Positions 8,201-17,296 of a stretch of DNA of 37,807 nt are shown in pieces. Numbering within the stretch: the first letter of the stretch is position 1; every line of letters starts with the position of its first letter. Source of the DNA: an uncultured Ignavibacteriales bacterium (GTDB taxonomy: Bacteria; Zixibacteria; MSB-5A5; GN15; JAAZOE01); assembly GCA_964611355.1 (NCBI GenBank), contig CAZSYD010000021.1, positions 1-37,807 on the forward strand, in the 5' to 3' direction. The translations under genes were made by a program, and so were the position numbers. The notes beneath the pieces were generated by a model. That model had not been told where the DNA came from. It saw only the letters and a program-made list of their open reading frames with translations, and did not search any database.

Positions 8201-8692
8201 TTATTCAATCAGTTGATGTTCCGCGTCCCTGACTTTGCTCTCAGCTTCGAACCAGTCGCCCATATCGTTACCTGGTGCGTATCCGTGCCTTTCGTAAAGC
8301 GAGTAGGCGACCTGTTCCACCAGTTTACGGGCCTGTACGGTCTCCGTGTCGCCGGTGAGTTCAAGGCTGGTTTCGCTGCCGTCCCTGGAGCGAATCCGGA
8401 GCCGGGCATCGACTCCGTTTTTGTCTTTCTCCAGATGGATCTTAGTCGGTTCCTTGATCGTTAAAATCGGTTCCACCACGTTTTCGGGATCTGCCCGGCC
8501 GGTGAAAAACCGGATGCCGTCGATTAATCGCCCCTGTTTGTTGATGGCGACGCCCATGAAAGGCATCAGCGGCATGATTACCGCATCGCCCTTCTTCTGC
8601 TTCGTTGTCAGCTGCGTGGGACGGTACTGGTTGGAGGCGCTGAATTTTTTGCAAAATCGCGTCCAGGTATTTCGCTTGATTTCGTTCGCCAT
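8201..8692 (-). CDS. DUF5335-like domain fused to C-terminal DUF2934-like domain
   Basis: N-terminal EI....W..F...FS; C-terminal AY.LYE..G..PG....DW..AE; AAGGGTGAGG RBS. Confidence 0.8.
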   Translation of the reverse strand: MANEIKRNTWTRFCKKFSASNQYRPTQLTTKQKKGDAVIMPLMPFMGVAINKQGRLIDGIRFFTGRADPENVVEPILTIKEPTKIHLEKDKNGVDARLRIRSRDGSETSLELTGDTETVQARKLVEQVAYSLYERHGYAPGNDMGDWFEAESKVRDAEHQLIE

Positions 8693-8929
8693 GATAACCT
8701 CACCCTTTTCCTTAAATGTACTAAAACAGGCTTTTACCCTTGTATCGGCTGAAAACTAAATCATTCAATATCCGAAAAGCAAAAAAATTACGTCGCTGGC
8801 ATGATTTTACGATAATACGATTGGATTAGTTTGAATCTTTGTGTTGCTTTAGAGATGTAGAATCTGTTCTCTGTTTCAAGCCGTTATTTTTTAGGTTTTA
8901 GCGGTAAGGATGCGCGATTATATTAAGGC

Positions 8930-10300
8930 ATGGGCTTTGATCGACCCCGCTTTAATGCGGATAGGGCGTTTTTTCTTTTGGTACTGCTTCTATACCTGGC
9001 GGGTCAGATTCTGATTGGAACCTGCCTGCCTGATGACGGCTCCTTTCATTTTGACGCCCCGGCCGACGTTGATTTTCTTTATTACGCCGGAATAATACAA
9101 CAGATGAAGCATAACTTCCCGCCGCAAAATCCGGCCCGCGGCGGAGAGCCTCTCAGCCAGTCATTTATCCAGTATTACCCGACCCTTTTGGTTTCATACC
9201 TGTTAAACCCTTACCTGTCCATGCGGGTTGTCAATTTTGCTTATCTTCTTTTATTTGCCTGGTTTTTACGAAGATATTTTCCGACCGGATGGGGTGTCAG
9301 CCTTTCAATCATAGCCGCCGGTTCGGTCGGGTTTGGCTTGATTAATTCCCTGGGGATAGACCTGATCGCCCGTGGGTTTAATCATTTTCCCTTTTTCATA
9401 GCTCTGATAATTGCTCTTTTCGAGACCAAAAACAAGCGGCTGCGATACGTCACCCTGTTTTTACTGGGGTGGTTTCACTCCTATTTAACGCTTTTGGTAT
9501 TTATCTATTTCGTATCGGTCATGGTATTGGAGAAATTCCGCCGATCATCTATTGTTGACACCGGAATAACTCTGGCGGGGCTGTTGTCGGCGGGTCTGCT
9601 CACTGCGGGCGTGGCCGATAAGCCTTTCTATTTTCCTTTTATTGAAGGTTTTCGATTCGATCCGACCGATCTTTGGATGCACGCCTTAATTGCCCTGATT
9701 CCGGTTGCGCCGGCCCGAAACGCGCGATTGTACATTATGTTTGCCGTAGCCTTTGTTTTCGGGCTGTTGTTTCATTACAACCCGTTCTTTCCGGTCTTTC
9801 TTCTTTACTTTACCGCCGGTCTGGCGGCAGCGGAATTGATCAAAAGATCAAGACATGGAAAAATTATCGCGGCCACACTGGCCGGATTACTTATTGTCGG
9901 TTTTATTGTGGGTGCGGTCGGTAAATACTATCCTCAAAAAGGCAACTATTACCCTCACCTTGACCCAGCCTACAAAGCGGCGGGGAAATGGCTCGAAGAG
10001 AATACCGTGCCGGACGCCGTACTCCTTACGGTTCCTTTGGACTCGGAATGGAGTTGTCGGCTGATGGAGAAGCGGGCTTTATATCTTGGCTTCATTCCTC
10101 ACGTGGCGCACCTTGGTATTGACTGGCGAGAGCGCGGCAAAAATATCGCCAATTATTTTACGAGTTCCTTCGCAAATTCGTCCGAAATCGACTATATAAT
10201 CTACGGGCCGGTCGAAAGGCGTCTTTTTCCGGCCTTTACGCTTTCGGACAGGCCGGTATTTGAGGATGAACTGGTAACTATCTGGAAAGCAAGAAATTGA
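8930..10300 (+). CDS. Polytopic membrane protein, possible GT-C-fold glycosyltransferase
   Basis: About 10-12 hydrophobic segments, first loop DVDFLYY, soluble C-terminal A..WL..NT..DA.LL domain. Fold assignment is inference. Confidence 0.7.
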   Translation: MGFDRPRFNADRAFFLLVLLLYLAGQILIGTCLPDDGSFHFDAPADVDFLYYAGIIQQMKHNFPPQNPARGGEPLSQSFIQYYPTLLVSYLLNPYLSMRVVNFAYLLLFAWFLRRYFPTGWGVSLSIIAAGSVGFGLINSLGIDLIARGFNHFPFFIALIIALFETKNKRLRYVTLFLLGWFHSYLTLLVFIYFVSVMVLEKFRRSSIVDTGITLAGLLSAGLLTAGVADKPFYFPFIEGFRFDPTDLWMHALIALIPVAPARNARLYIMFAVAFVFGLLFHYNPFFPVFLLYFTAGLAAAELIKRSRHGKIIAATLAGLLIVGFIVGAVGKYYPQKGNYYPHLDPAYKAAGKWLEENTVPDAVLLTVPLDSEWSCRLMEKRALYLGFIPHVAHLGIDWRERGKNIANYFTSSFANSSEIDYIIYGPVERRLFPAFTLSDRPVFEDELVTIWKARN

Positions 10301-10409
10301 GTTAAATTATCGTAGTGCATTTTTATCAAACCGATTAGACAGGATGAGTTGAAAATGTTTTATACCAAAGCCCATTATGGTTTAAAGATTGCATTGCAGC
10401 GGAGCGGAA

Positions 10410-11348
10410 ATGTCAGAAATCGCCGGCAGTATCATTGACCTGATTGGCGGGACGCCCCTGGTGGCTCTTGACCGACTTTCCAAAGGGTTGCCGGGACGTA
10501 TCCTGGCTAAGATGGAATCTCTTAATCCAACTTCTTCCTCGAAAGACAGAATCGGATACGCCATGATCAGGGCAGCCGAAAAGGCAGGGAAGATCAGTAA
10601 AGAAACCATCATTATCGAACCGACCTCAGGCAATACCGGCATCGCTCTGGCGTCTATTTGCGCGGTAAGGGGATACCGGTTGATATTAATCATGCCGGAT
10701 ACGATGTCGGTTGAACGGCGCAATATATTGAAGGCATTCGGGGCGGAATTGATTCTTACTTCGGGTGTGGAAGGCATGTCCGGCGCTATTGCCCGTGCCG
10801 AGGAGATGCTCAGGGAATATCCCGATTCTTTTATGCCGCAGCAGTTCAAAAATCCGGCAAACCCGGAGATGCACAAAAATACCACCGGCCCGGAGATCTG
10901 GGAAGATACAGATGGAAAAGTTGATATATTCGTCTCCGGCGTTGGAACAGGTGGAACTATTACCGGGGTCGCTTCATATATCAAGCCGCTCAAGCCGCAA
11001 TTCAAGGCGATAGCCGTGGAGCCCGCGGCTTCCCCGGTTCTTTCGGGAGGTAAAAAGAGGCCGCATCAGATTCAGGGAATCGGGGCCGGTTTCAAACCGG
11101 ATGTTTTGAATCTCGACCTGGTCGATGAAATAATAACTATTACCGATGAAAAGGCGATTGAAACCACCCGCCGACTTATCCGCAAGGAAGGTATTTCGGC
11201 CGGTATATCATCCGGCGCCAACGTCGCCGCGGCATTAGAAGTCATCTCGCGACGGGAAAACAAAGGCAAATTAATCGTTACGGTTATTTGTGATACAGGG
11301 GAAAGGTACCTTTCCACACCGGTCTATACTAAGATTAACCGGGGTTAA
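10410..11348 (+). CDS. cysK: Cysteine synthase A (O-acetylserine sulfhydrylase)
   Basis: IGGTPLV, K.ES.NP..S.KDRI (PLP Lys), [39 protein letters not shown]; start ATG 10410. Confidence 0.95.
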   Translation: MSEIAGSIIDLIGGTPLVALDRLSKGLPGRILAKMESLNPTSSSKDRIGYAMIRAAEKAGKISKETIIIEPTSGNTGIALASICAVRGYRLILIMPDTMSVERRNILKAFGAELILTSGVEGMSGAIARAEEMLREYPDSFMPQQFKNPANPEMHKNTTGPEIWEDTDGKVDIFVSGVGTGGTITGVASYIKPLKPQFKAIAVEPAASPVLSGGKKRPHQIQGIGAGFKPDVLNLDLVDEIITITDEKAIETTRRLIRKEGISAGISSGANVAAALEVISRRENKGKLIVTVICDTGERYLSTPVYTKINRG

Positions 11349-11508
11349 GCATGTTTCATAAGGTTCATTATGGAACAGGCCCTGTTTCTTTTTCAAACGT
11401 TTTCGGTCATTATCCGTTCGCAAAGCCAAAAGGTATTTCTTTCGCGTTGTAAGCTATTGTATTTCATTTCCTTATCAGGGCAAAAATTCGCCAAATAGAT
11501 CCATCAGT

Positions 11509-11524
11509 TGGCACGCCGTCTGCA
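11509..11524 (+). promoter_or_regulatory. sigma54 -24/-12 promoter TGGCACGCCGTCTGCA
   Basis: Perfect TGGCACG and GG-N10-GC spacing; AT-rich IHF-like tract at about 11449-11476 upstream. Confidence 0.75.
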
Positions 11525-11534
11525 TATTCTTTTT

Positions 11535-11716
11535 AATGAAGACTGATGCTTGAGTCAGGGGGTGGGGAATGGAACTGGCAAGTTTATTATTCAGCCCCCA
11601 TTCATTAGTCTTTGAAACGCCAAAAGGAGGCTAATGCAGGGCTCAAGGGGGTCCTCAAAGGTGAAATACCCAATGTGGGAAATCGGCCCGTATGCAATGT
11701 ACGGGCTGATTTTTTT
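11535..11716 (+). ncRNA. Candidate sigma54-dependent structured small RNA (about 180 nt)
   Basis: Begins at the predicted +1 of the -24/-12 box; long 5' stem (11539-11548 with 11603-11612); ends in an intrinsic terminator. No family recognised. Confidence 0.45.
11681..11716 (+). terminator. Intrinsic terminator
   Basis: AATCGGCCCGTA-TGCAATG-TACGGGCTGATT followed by a T-run. Confidence 0.8.
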
Positions 11717-11811
11717 ATTATCTTTTTCTTATATCACCTGCTTACTATATGTTAATACCTCACAGGAAAGTCGGGAAACATCGCCGTCTGATTACCGACC
11801 AAAGATTTCTA

Positions 11812-11839
11812 TAGACAAACCCGGGTTTTTTGCTATATT
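11812..11839 (+). promoter_or_regulatory. Possible sigma70 promoter for the peptidase gene
   Basis: TAGACA, 16-nt spacer ending in TGC (extended -10), TATATT. Confidence 0.4.
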
Positions 11840-11978
11840 TAGACGAGATGAGATAGCCATTCAATATGCGTGTTTCCGGCGTCCCCATTGACCGAGAGGC
11901 AAAACTGTGCCGATTCTTTTTTTACCTTCTCCGCCGAAAGATGTTGTTTTTCTTCAGTCAAAGTGAAAGGAGATTGCC

Positions 11979-13997
11979 ATGCCTGGGCCAGCAGGACGGG
12001 AAGATAATAACCGCCCATTGATAATAATTATGATTTCAATAATCCTGACGGCGATTTGTCTGTCAGCCACCGCTGCCTTTGCTCAATTAACCGACGAGGA
12101 TATTGTCGCTCTGCGGGAAAAAGGTAAACAGGAAGGGTGGACCTTTACGGTCGGCGAGAATCCGGCCACGAAATATTCACTGGAAATCCTGTGCGGAGCT
12201 GTATTGCCTCCCGACTGGCGGGATGGCGCCCGTTTTGATCCCTGCACGCCGACAAAAGATTTGCCGGATAGATTTGACTGGCGCGACTATGATGCTTGTA
12301 CACCCGTTAAATCGCAGGGCGGGTGCGGAAGTTGCTGGGCTTTCGGGACCGTCGGCACTGTTGAGAGCTACATCAAGATGGTGGATGGGTTGACGATTGA
12401 CCTTTCCGAGCAGTGGCTGGTCAGCTGCAACAGCCGCGGATGGGACTGCGAGTATGGCGGCTGGTTTGCCTATGATTATTTCGAGTGGGATACGGATCCA
12501 TGCGACAGTACTGGCCCCGTCGTGGAAGCCGATTTCCCCTATATGGCCAGCGATGTTCCCTGCGGATGCCCCTATCCACATCGATTTCATATTGAATCCT
12601 GGTCATACATCGGCAGTGGTTCTCCCTTTCCGCCTGTTGAGGTCCTGAAACAGGCGATAATGGACTACGGTCCCATCGCCGTAACGGTTTACGCTAATTC
12701 GGCCATGCAGGGGTATAACGGTGGAATATTCAACGGCTGCGTCGATGAGGAGCTTAATCACCTCGTTGACCTGGTCGGCTGGGACGATAATCAGGGAACC
12801 GAAGGCGTCTGGTTTATGCGCAATTCCTGGGGTAAAAGCTGGGGTGAAGACGGCGGGTATATGCGCATCCCTTATGGATGTTCACGTATCGGCGAGTACG
12901 CCGCCTATGCCGTCTATGCAGGTGCTCAGGAGTTGGTCTTTACCTATCAGGGAGCCGTTCCCGAGACGCTGATTCCTGATGAGCCGACCCCTTTTGAAGT
13001 CATGGTCGAAGGTATCTACAACGGGACGCCGGTACCCGGCACGGGTCAGCTTCATTATTCCATAAACGCCGGGGAAGTCCAAATCGTATCGATGACGGAA
13101 ACTGCGCCGAATCATTATGAAGGGGCTATGCCGGCGGTCGGTTGCGGCGATGTTCTCCAGTTCTATGTCAGCGCCGAAGAGAATTCCAAAGGCAGATTAA
13201 GCGATACCGATCCGAGTGCGTCTCACAAGGCTATTCCGGCTTCGGCTGTGATTACCGTTTTCGAAGATGACTTTGAAACGGATAAAGGCTGGACGGTATC
13301 CGGCAACGCCGTAGACGGTCGTTGGGAAAGAGGTGTGCCGGTCGGGGGTGGCGATCGCGGCGACCCGCCGACCGATTATGACGGGTCCGGAAACTGCTAC
13401 CTGACCGACAACGTCGACGGCAACTCCGACGTGGAATATGGCGCCACCCGGCTTGTCTCGCCGACTATAGACGGGTCGGGATTGGAACCCCGCGTCCACT
13501 ACGCTCGCTGGTACTGCAACGACTTGGGCGATATAAAAAACGCCAACGTGATGGAGGTTTACGTTTCCAATAATGACGGGGGAAGCTGGACGCCGGTCGA
13601 AACGGTGGGTCCTACCGAGCAATCTTCCGGCGGATGGTACGAGCATAGTTTCTGGGTAAGCGATTTTCTTACGCCGACGTCACAGTTGAAACTTCGTTTT
13701 GATGCCGCTTCGGAGGAAGGCGACGCCGAGATTGTCGAAGCCGGCCTTGATGATGTTCTGGTTACGGTGTATGAGTGCAGTTCGTATATATGCGGTGACG
13801 CCAACGGCGATGAATCGATCAATTTAGGCGATGCCGTGTATTTGGTTAACCACGTGTTCCATGAAGGTCCCGCTCCCGACCCGGCGGCGGCGGGTGACGT
13901 CAACTGCGATGGTGGTGTCAACCTGGGCGACGGAGTTTATATGGTCAATTTCATCTTCGTGGCTGGCGCGCCGGAACCATGCGCCGACTGCCCGTAG
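11979..13997 (+). CDS. Secreted papain-family (C1A) cysteine peptidase with beta-sandwich domains and C-terminal dockerin-like domain
   Basis: Signal peptide; FDWR, QGGCGSCWAF, LSEQ, NHLV, MRNSWG; C-terminal CGDANGDESINLGDAVYL...GDVNCDGGVNLGD; AAGGAG RBS. Confidence 0.93.
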   Translation: MPGPAGREDNNRPLIIIMISIILTAICLSATAAFAQLTDEDIVALREKGKQEGWTFTVGENPATKYSLEILCGAVLPPDWRDGARFDPCTPTKDLPDRFDWRDYDACTPVKSQGGCGSCWAFGTVGTVESYIKMVDGLTIDLSEQWLVSCNSRGWDCEYGGWFAYDYFEWDTDPCDSTGPVVEADFPYMASDVPCGCPYPHRFHIESWSYIGSGSPFPPVEVLKQAIMDYGPIAVTVYANSAMQGYNGGIFNGCVDEELNHLVDLVGWDDNQGTEGVWFMRNSWGKSWGEDGGYMRIPYGCSRIGEYAAYAVYAGAQELVFTYQGAVPETLIPDEPTPFEVMVEGIYNGTPVPGTGQLHYSINAGEVQIVSMTETAPNHYEGAMPAVGCGDVLQFYVSAEENSKGRLSDTDPSASHKAIPASAVITVFEDDFETDKGWTVSGNAVDGRWERGVPVGGGDRGDPPTDYDGSGNCYLTDNVDGNSDVEYGATRLVSPTIDGSGLEPRVHYARWYCNDLGDIKNANVMEVYVSNNDGGSWTPVETVGPTEQSSGGWYEHSFWVSDFLTPTSQLKLRFDAASEEGDAEIVEAGLDDVLVTVYECSSYICGDANGDESINLGDAVYLVNHVFHEGPAPDPAAAGDVNCDGGVNLGDGVYMVNFIFVAGAPEPCADCP

Positions 13998-14019
13998 AGC
14001 AGATACAGTCTAATTAGAC

Positions 14020-14049
14020 AGGGGCCGATGATTCATCGGCCTCTTTTTT
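14020..14049 (+). terminator. Intrinsic terminator
   Basis: AGGGGCCGATG-ATT-CATCGGCCTCT plus T-run right after the peptidase stop. Confidence 0.8.
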
Positions 14050-14168
14050 ATATATTTATGAATATTTATTAATCATTTGTCGATTGGCAGACGGGAGATC
14101 AGAGGGGCATCAGGTTTCTGGTTCAATATATAGTGCATCTTTTGGACGGGTTTATTGTATAGAGGAAT

Positions 14169-15179
14169 ATGACAGTCTATTCTCCCGGATTGAAAAGCCC
14201 GGCGTTTCCGGAAAAACTGGCTGCGACAGGAACCGGTCGGCCGATGGTGATGCCCCGCGAAACGGCGGAAGGCCGACTTGTAATCTATCCCGGGCGCCTG
14301 CGGTATCGGGAACTCCTTCGGAAAAGATTTCCACGCAAAAAAGTAAAGGCGTATTATCTTGAAATTGGTTACGGTAATATAACTGTCCTCGGCCGACTAT
14401 GGAACCGGTTGAAATATTTGTTTCAATTGTTCCGTTACCTTGACGCCTGTCGCGAAGTCGACCTTTGCGTTTTTTCCTACGGAGCGGATATGTTTCCCGC
14501 TTTCCTGACGGCGGCCATATGCCGCTTGAAAGGGCGATCGGTTGTGCTGCATGATTTCAGTTTCCCGAGCAGTTCCAAAAGCCGATGGGCTTGCCTGATG
14601 GATTCGCTTTGTCGCCACCGGGTCATTGCTGATCCGACGGCGTTGCCGGATAAAGAACCGCCGGCCCGTAACGTGACATTGCGCGTCTTTTGCGATGATC
14701 TTGCCGCCTATCGTATGTTTCAAAAAGACAGAGCCGTTCCGCGGGTTATTGTCTATGGTAATTTTGAAAACAGGTTGGTCTTGTCTTTGGCCGGAAGGAC
14801 GCATGATTTGATCAAGGAAAAATATCCGCGGACAGAATTTGTCCTCGTCTCGCTGACCGATTCGGACAATATTCGCACGGAAGTAAGCGCAACGTCTATA
14901 ATCATGGCGACACCGATGACTGAAGACGAATTAAGATCAATATATTCCGCTTCGGATATGGTTGTGCTGCTGTCTCCGGGTGGGGTAAACCGAATGTTTG
15001 TCCGCCGGGCCCAAGCGGCGTGTTTTCCGATTGTAACGAATGGATTTGAACATTCCGTCATTTCCTCTTCGGGCCGGCAGTCGATCGTGGCTGTTCGCGA
15101 CAGCTACAGTTCTTTGGCCGCAGAAATTATCGGTCTGGTCGACGATGAAGGCTATTATCGCAGTTTCGCTATTCGATAA
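14169..15179 (+). CDS. Divergent GT-B (GT4-like) glycosyltransferase-related protein
   Basis: Two alpha/beta domains; C-terminal IKEKYP.TEF.LV...LRSIYSASD.VV and A..ACFPIVT resemble GT4, but the E-x7-E motif is absent. Confidence 0.55.
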   Translation: MTVYSPGLKSPAFPEKLAATGTGRPMVMPRETAEGRLVIYPGRLRYRELLRKRFPRKKVKAYYLEIGYGNITVLGRLWNRLKYLFQLFRYLDACREVDLCVFSYGADMFPAFLTAAICRLKGRSVVLHDFSFPSSSKSRWACLMDSLCRHRVIADPTALPDKEPPARNVTLRVFCDDLAAYRMFQKDRAVPRVIVYGNFENRLVLSLAGRTHDLIKEKYPRTEFVLVSLTDSDNIRTEVSATSIIMATPMTEDELRSIYSASDMVVLLSPGGVNRMFVRRAQAACFPIVTNGFEHSVISSSGRQSIVAVRDSYSSLAAEIIGLVDDEGYYRSFAIR

Positions 15180-15268
15180 ATTCTCCCGACTTTCGCACGC
15201 CGCTTAATTCTCGCCGTTACCCTTAATCTTTCCATCTTCCGACCGATTAATGGTACAGGAGGATAGTT

Positions 15269-15865
15269 ATGAGGCAAGTATTGGTTGCGGTGGCGTTGTT
15301 GACGGTTTGCTACGCTCCCGTCAGCGCGGTTGATGAAGTTGGTTTTGGTATCAAAGGCGGTATCGTCGATAATTACAGTCAGAAGGGTCTCGATCTGCCG
15401 GTATATAATGTCAACCGGCTCAATCTGATCGGCGGGCAGTTCCATATTTCAAAGCTTCCGGTCGTTGAATTGATCGTGGGCGCAGATTATTCCTGGCGGG
15501 ACCGAACCTATGTAGTAGATAACCAAAATCTCGAATTCAGGGTGCGCGACCTGGCCGTGACCGCCTCGGTCGTATATCCGATTCGGCTGTCGACAGCCAA
15601 ACTATATATAGGTGGGGGGCTCGGCAGTCATTCAATCTCGTACGAATATCTTCGTCCGGCTTCGCTGGCGCTCGAAGATTACGGTATTGATATTCCAAGC
15701 ACTTCATCCTATTTCGGTTATCATGCTGTTATCGGATGCAAAACGGATATTCCATCGATTCCGGTCGGTTTTTTCATGGAGGCGCGTCTGTTCCACATTG
15801 ATGCGCCTGAAAACGATATAAGTTACAACAGTTGGTCGGGAGGTATCTTCCTTCCCCTTGAATAA
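15269..15865 (+). CDS. Outer-membrane beta-barrel (OmpA-like 8-strand) protein
   Basis: Signal peptide, alternating strands, YIGGGLG, aromatic C-terminal strand; AGGAGG RBS. Confidence 0.8.
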   Translation: MRQVLVAVALLTVCYAPVSAVDEVGFGIKGGIVDNYSQKGLDLPVYNVNRLNLIGGQFHISKLPVVELIVGADYSWRDRTYVVDNQNLEFRVRDLAVTASVVYPIRLSTAKLYIGGGLGSHSISYEYLRPASLALEDYGIDIPSTSSYFGYHAVIGCKTDIPSIPVGFFMEARLFHIDAPENDISYNSWSGGIFLPLE

Positions 15866-15923
15866 TATGCGGGAAGCGGTAAGCTATCCTGAAATACTGC
15901 ATCAACGAAACGCGGCGTATATC

Positions 15924-15943
15924 AATCCCCTTCAGGGGATTTT
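15924..15943 (+). terminator. Short hairpin terminator
   Basis: AATCCCC-TTCA-GGGGATT-TT. Confidence 0.45.
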
Positions 15944-16031
15944 AGTTGCTCCTTTTTAATAAAGCGGGTAGTTTCCATAAATACTTATATACTCCGTGTA
16001 AAGGATACAGGCACGGATCAGGGGTTGGAAC

Positions 16032-17246
16032 ATGCCGCTTTATTCATATTCACGAATCGGCTGCTTTGAGCAATGTCCCCGGAAATACAAGTTCAAATAT
16101 ATCGAAAAGCCCAAAATTGATATTCCCGTTGGCGTAGAAGCGTTTTTGGGCAATATGGTGCATAAGACGCTGGAACAATGCTATAAGCTGGCGCAACGCG
16201 GGAAAGTCATGGTCCTTGATGAACTGCTGGCCTATTACGAGCGGATCTGGAAGGAGAATCTCCCGGAAAATCTCAAAATCGTCAGGGATGAGATGGCTGC
16301 TGACGATTATTTCGGGATTGGCCAAAAGGCTTTACGTGTGTATCATGACCGGTATTACCCTTATGACCGTGAGATTACGCTTGACCTGGAACGGAAGGTA
16401 ATACTTGCCCTTGACGCCGATGGAAAATATAAATTGCAGGGATTTATTGATCGGTTAGCCCGCGATAGCTCGGGACGTCTGAGAATCCACGACTACAAAA
16501 CCTCGTCGAGTCTGCCGACCCAGCAGGAAGTCGATACCGACAGCCAGCTGGCGCTTTATCAAATCGCCGTTGAAGAAATGTGGCCGGATAATAACGGAAT
16601 CGAATTGGTTTGGCATTACGTGCAATTTGATACTACGTTGATCTCACATCGGGACGCCAATCAACTTAAAGAGCTTAAGAAAAAATACATCGATAGGATT
16701 AAAAAAATCGAAGCCGCCGTCAGGTTGAACAATTTCCCGACCAGCGAAACCGGTCTATGTAACTGGTGTGAATATTACCCGATTTGTCCGGCCAAGGGGG
16801 GAGAGGGTGCAATTGTCGAAAGTGCCCAGCGGGAACTTGAATCGTATTCTGAAACCGAACTTGCCTTGCTGGTCGACAGGTACGTTAAACTGGATGAGCA
16901 GAAGAAAAAGATAGAGGCGGAGATAAAGAGAATCAAACCGGAATTGGCTCGGCATGGCGAAGTCGGCTCCGGCAAATTATTGAAAGGTTCCGGTAATTGG
17001 GGCGTCATGGTGACGCTGAGCAACATTTACAAATTACCGACCAGGTCTTCCGATAAAGGGAAATTTGACATTATTGACGAGTTAATAAAGCAGGCCGGGT
17101 TATACCCGGATTATTCCACGCTTGATATGCCCGCCCTGCAAAAGGCTTTGTCCGAAGGTCAGTTGCCGGAAGCTCTGAATAAAGAACTGCAGAAATATAG
17201 CAGCCTTGCCGTCAGGGAAATGGTGAAGGTCAAAAAAGTGAAATAG
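16032..17246 (+). CDS. PD-(D/E)XK RecB-family nuclease with four-Cys Fe-S staple and C-terminal coiled-coil extension
   Basis: SYSRI..FEQCP, G..VH, E, GFIDRL, HDYKT, QLALY, CNWCEYYPIC. Confidence 0.9.
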   Translation: MPLYSYSRIGCFEQCPRKYKFKYIEKPKIDIPVGVEAFLGNMVHKTLEQCYKLAQRGKVMVLDELLAYYERIWKENLPENLKIVRDEMAADDYFGIGQKALRVYHDRYYPYDREITLDLERKVILALDADGKYKLQGFIDRLARDSSGRLRIHDYKTSSSLPTQQEVDTDSQLALYQIAVEEMWPDNNGIELVWHYVQFDTTLISHRDANQLKELKKKYIDRIKKIEAAVRLNNFPTSETGLCNWCEYYPICPAKGGEGAIVESAQRELESYSETELALLVDRYVKLDEQKKKIEAEIKRIKPELARHGEVGSGKLLKGSGNWGVMVTLSNIYKLPTRSSDKGKFDIIDELIKQAGLYPDYSTLDMPALQKALSEGQLPEALNKELQKYSSLAVREMVKVKKVK

Positions 17247-17251
17247 ACGGT

Positions 17252-17279
17252 AAAAAAGCCCGCCTTGTGGCGGGCTTTT
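17252..17279. terminator. Bidirectional intrinsic terminator
   Basis: AAAAAAGCCCGCC-TTGT-GGCGGGCTTTT between convergent stops. Confidence 0.9.
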
Positions 17280-17296
17280 CCGTATAGGCAAATGAG

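Noticed and set aside
8797..8812. TGGCATGATTTTACG as a sigma54 promoter
   Set aside because: No GC at the -12 position.
16032..17246. Nuclease as evidence of a CRISPR-Cas (cas4) locus
   Set aside because: No cas1, cas2 or array in the window.
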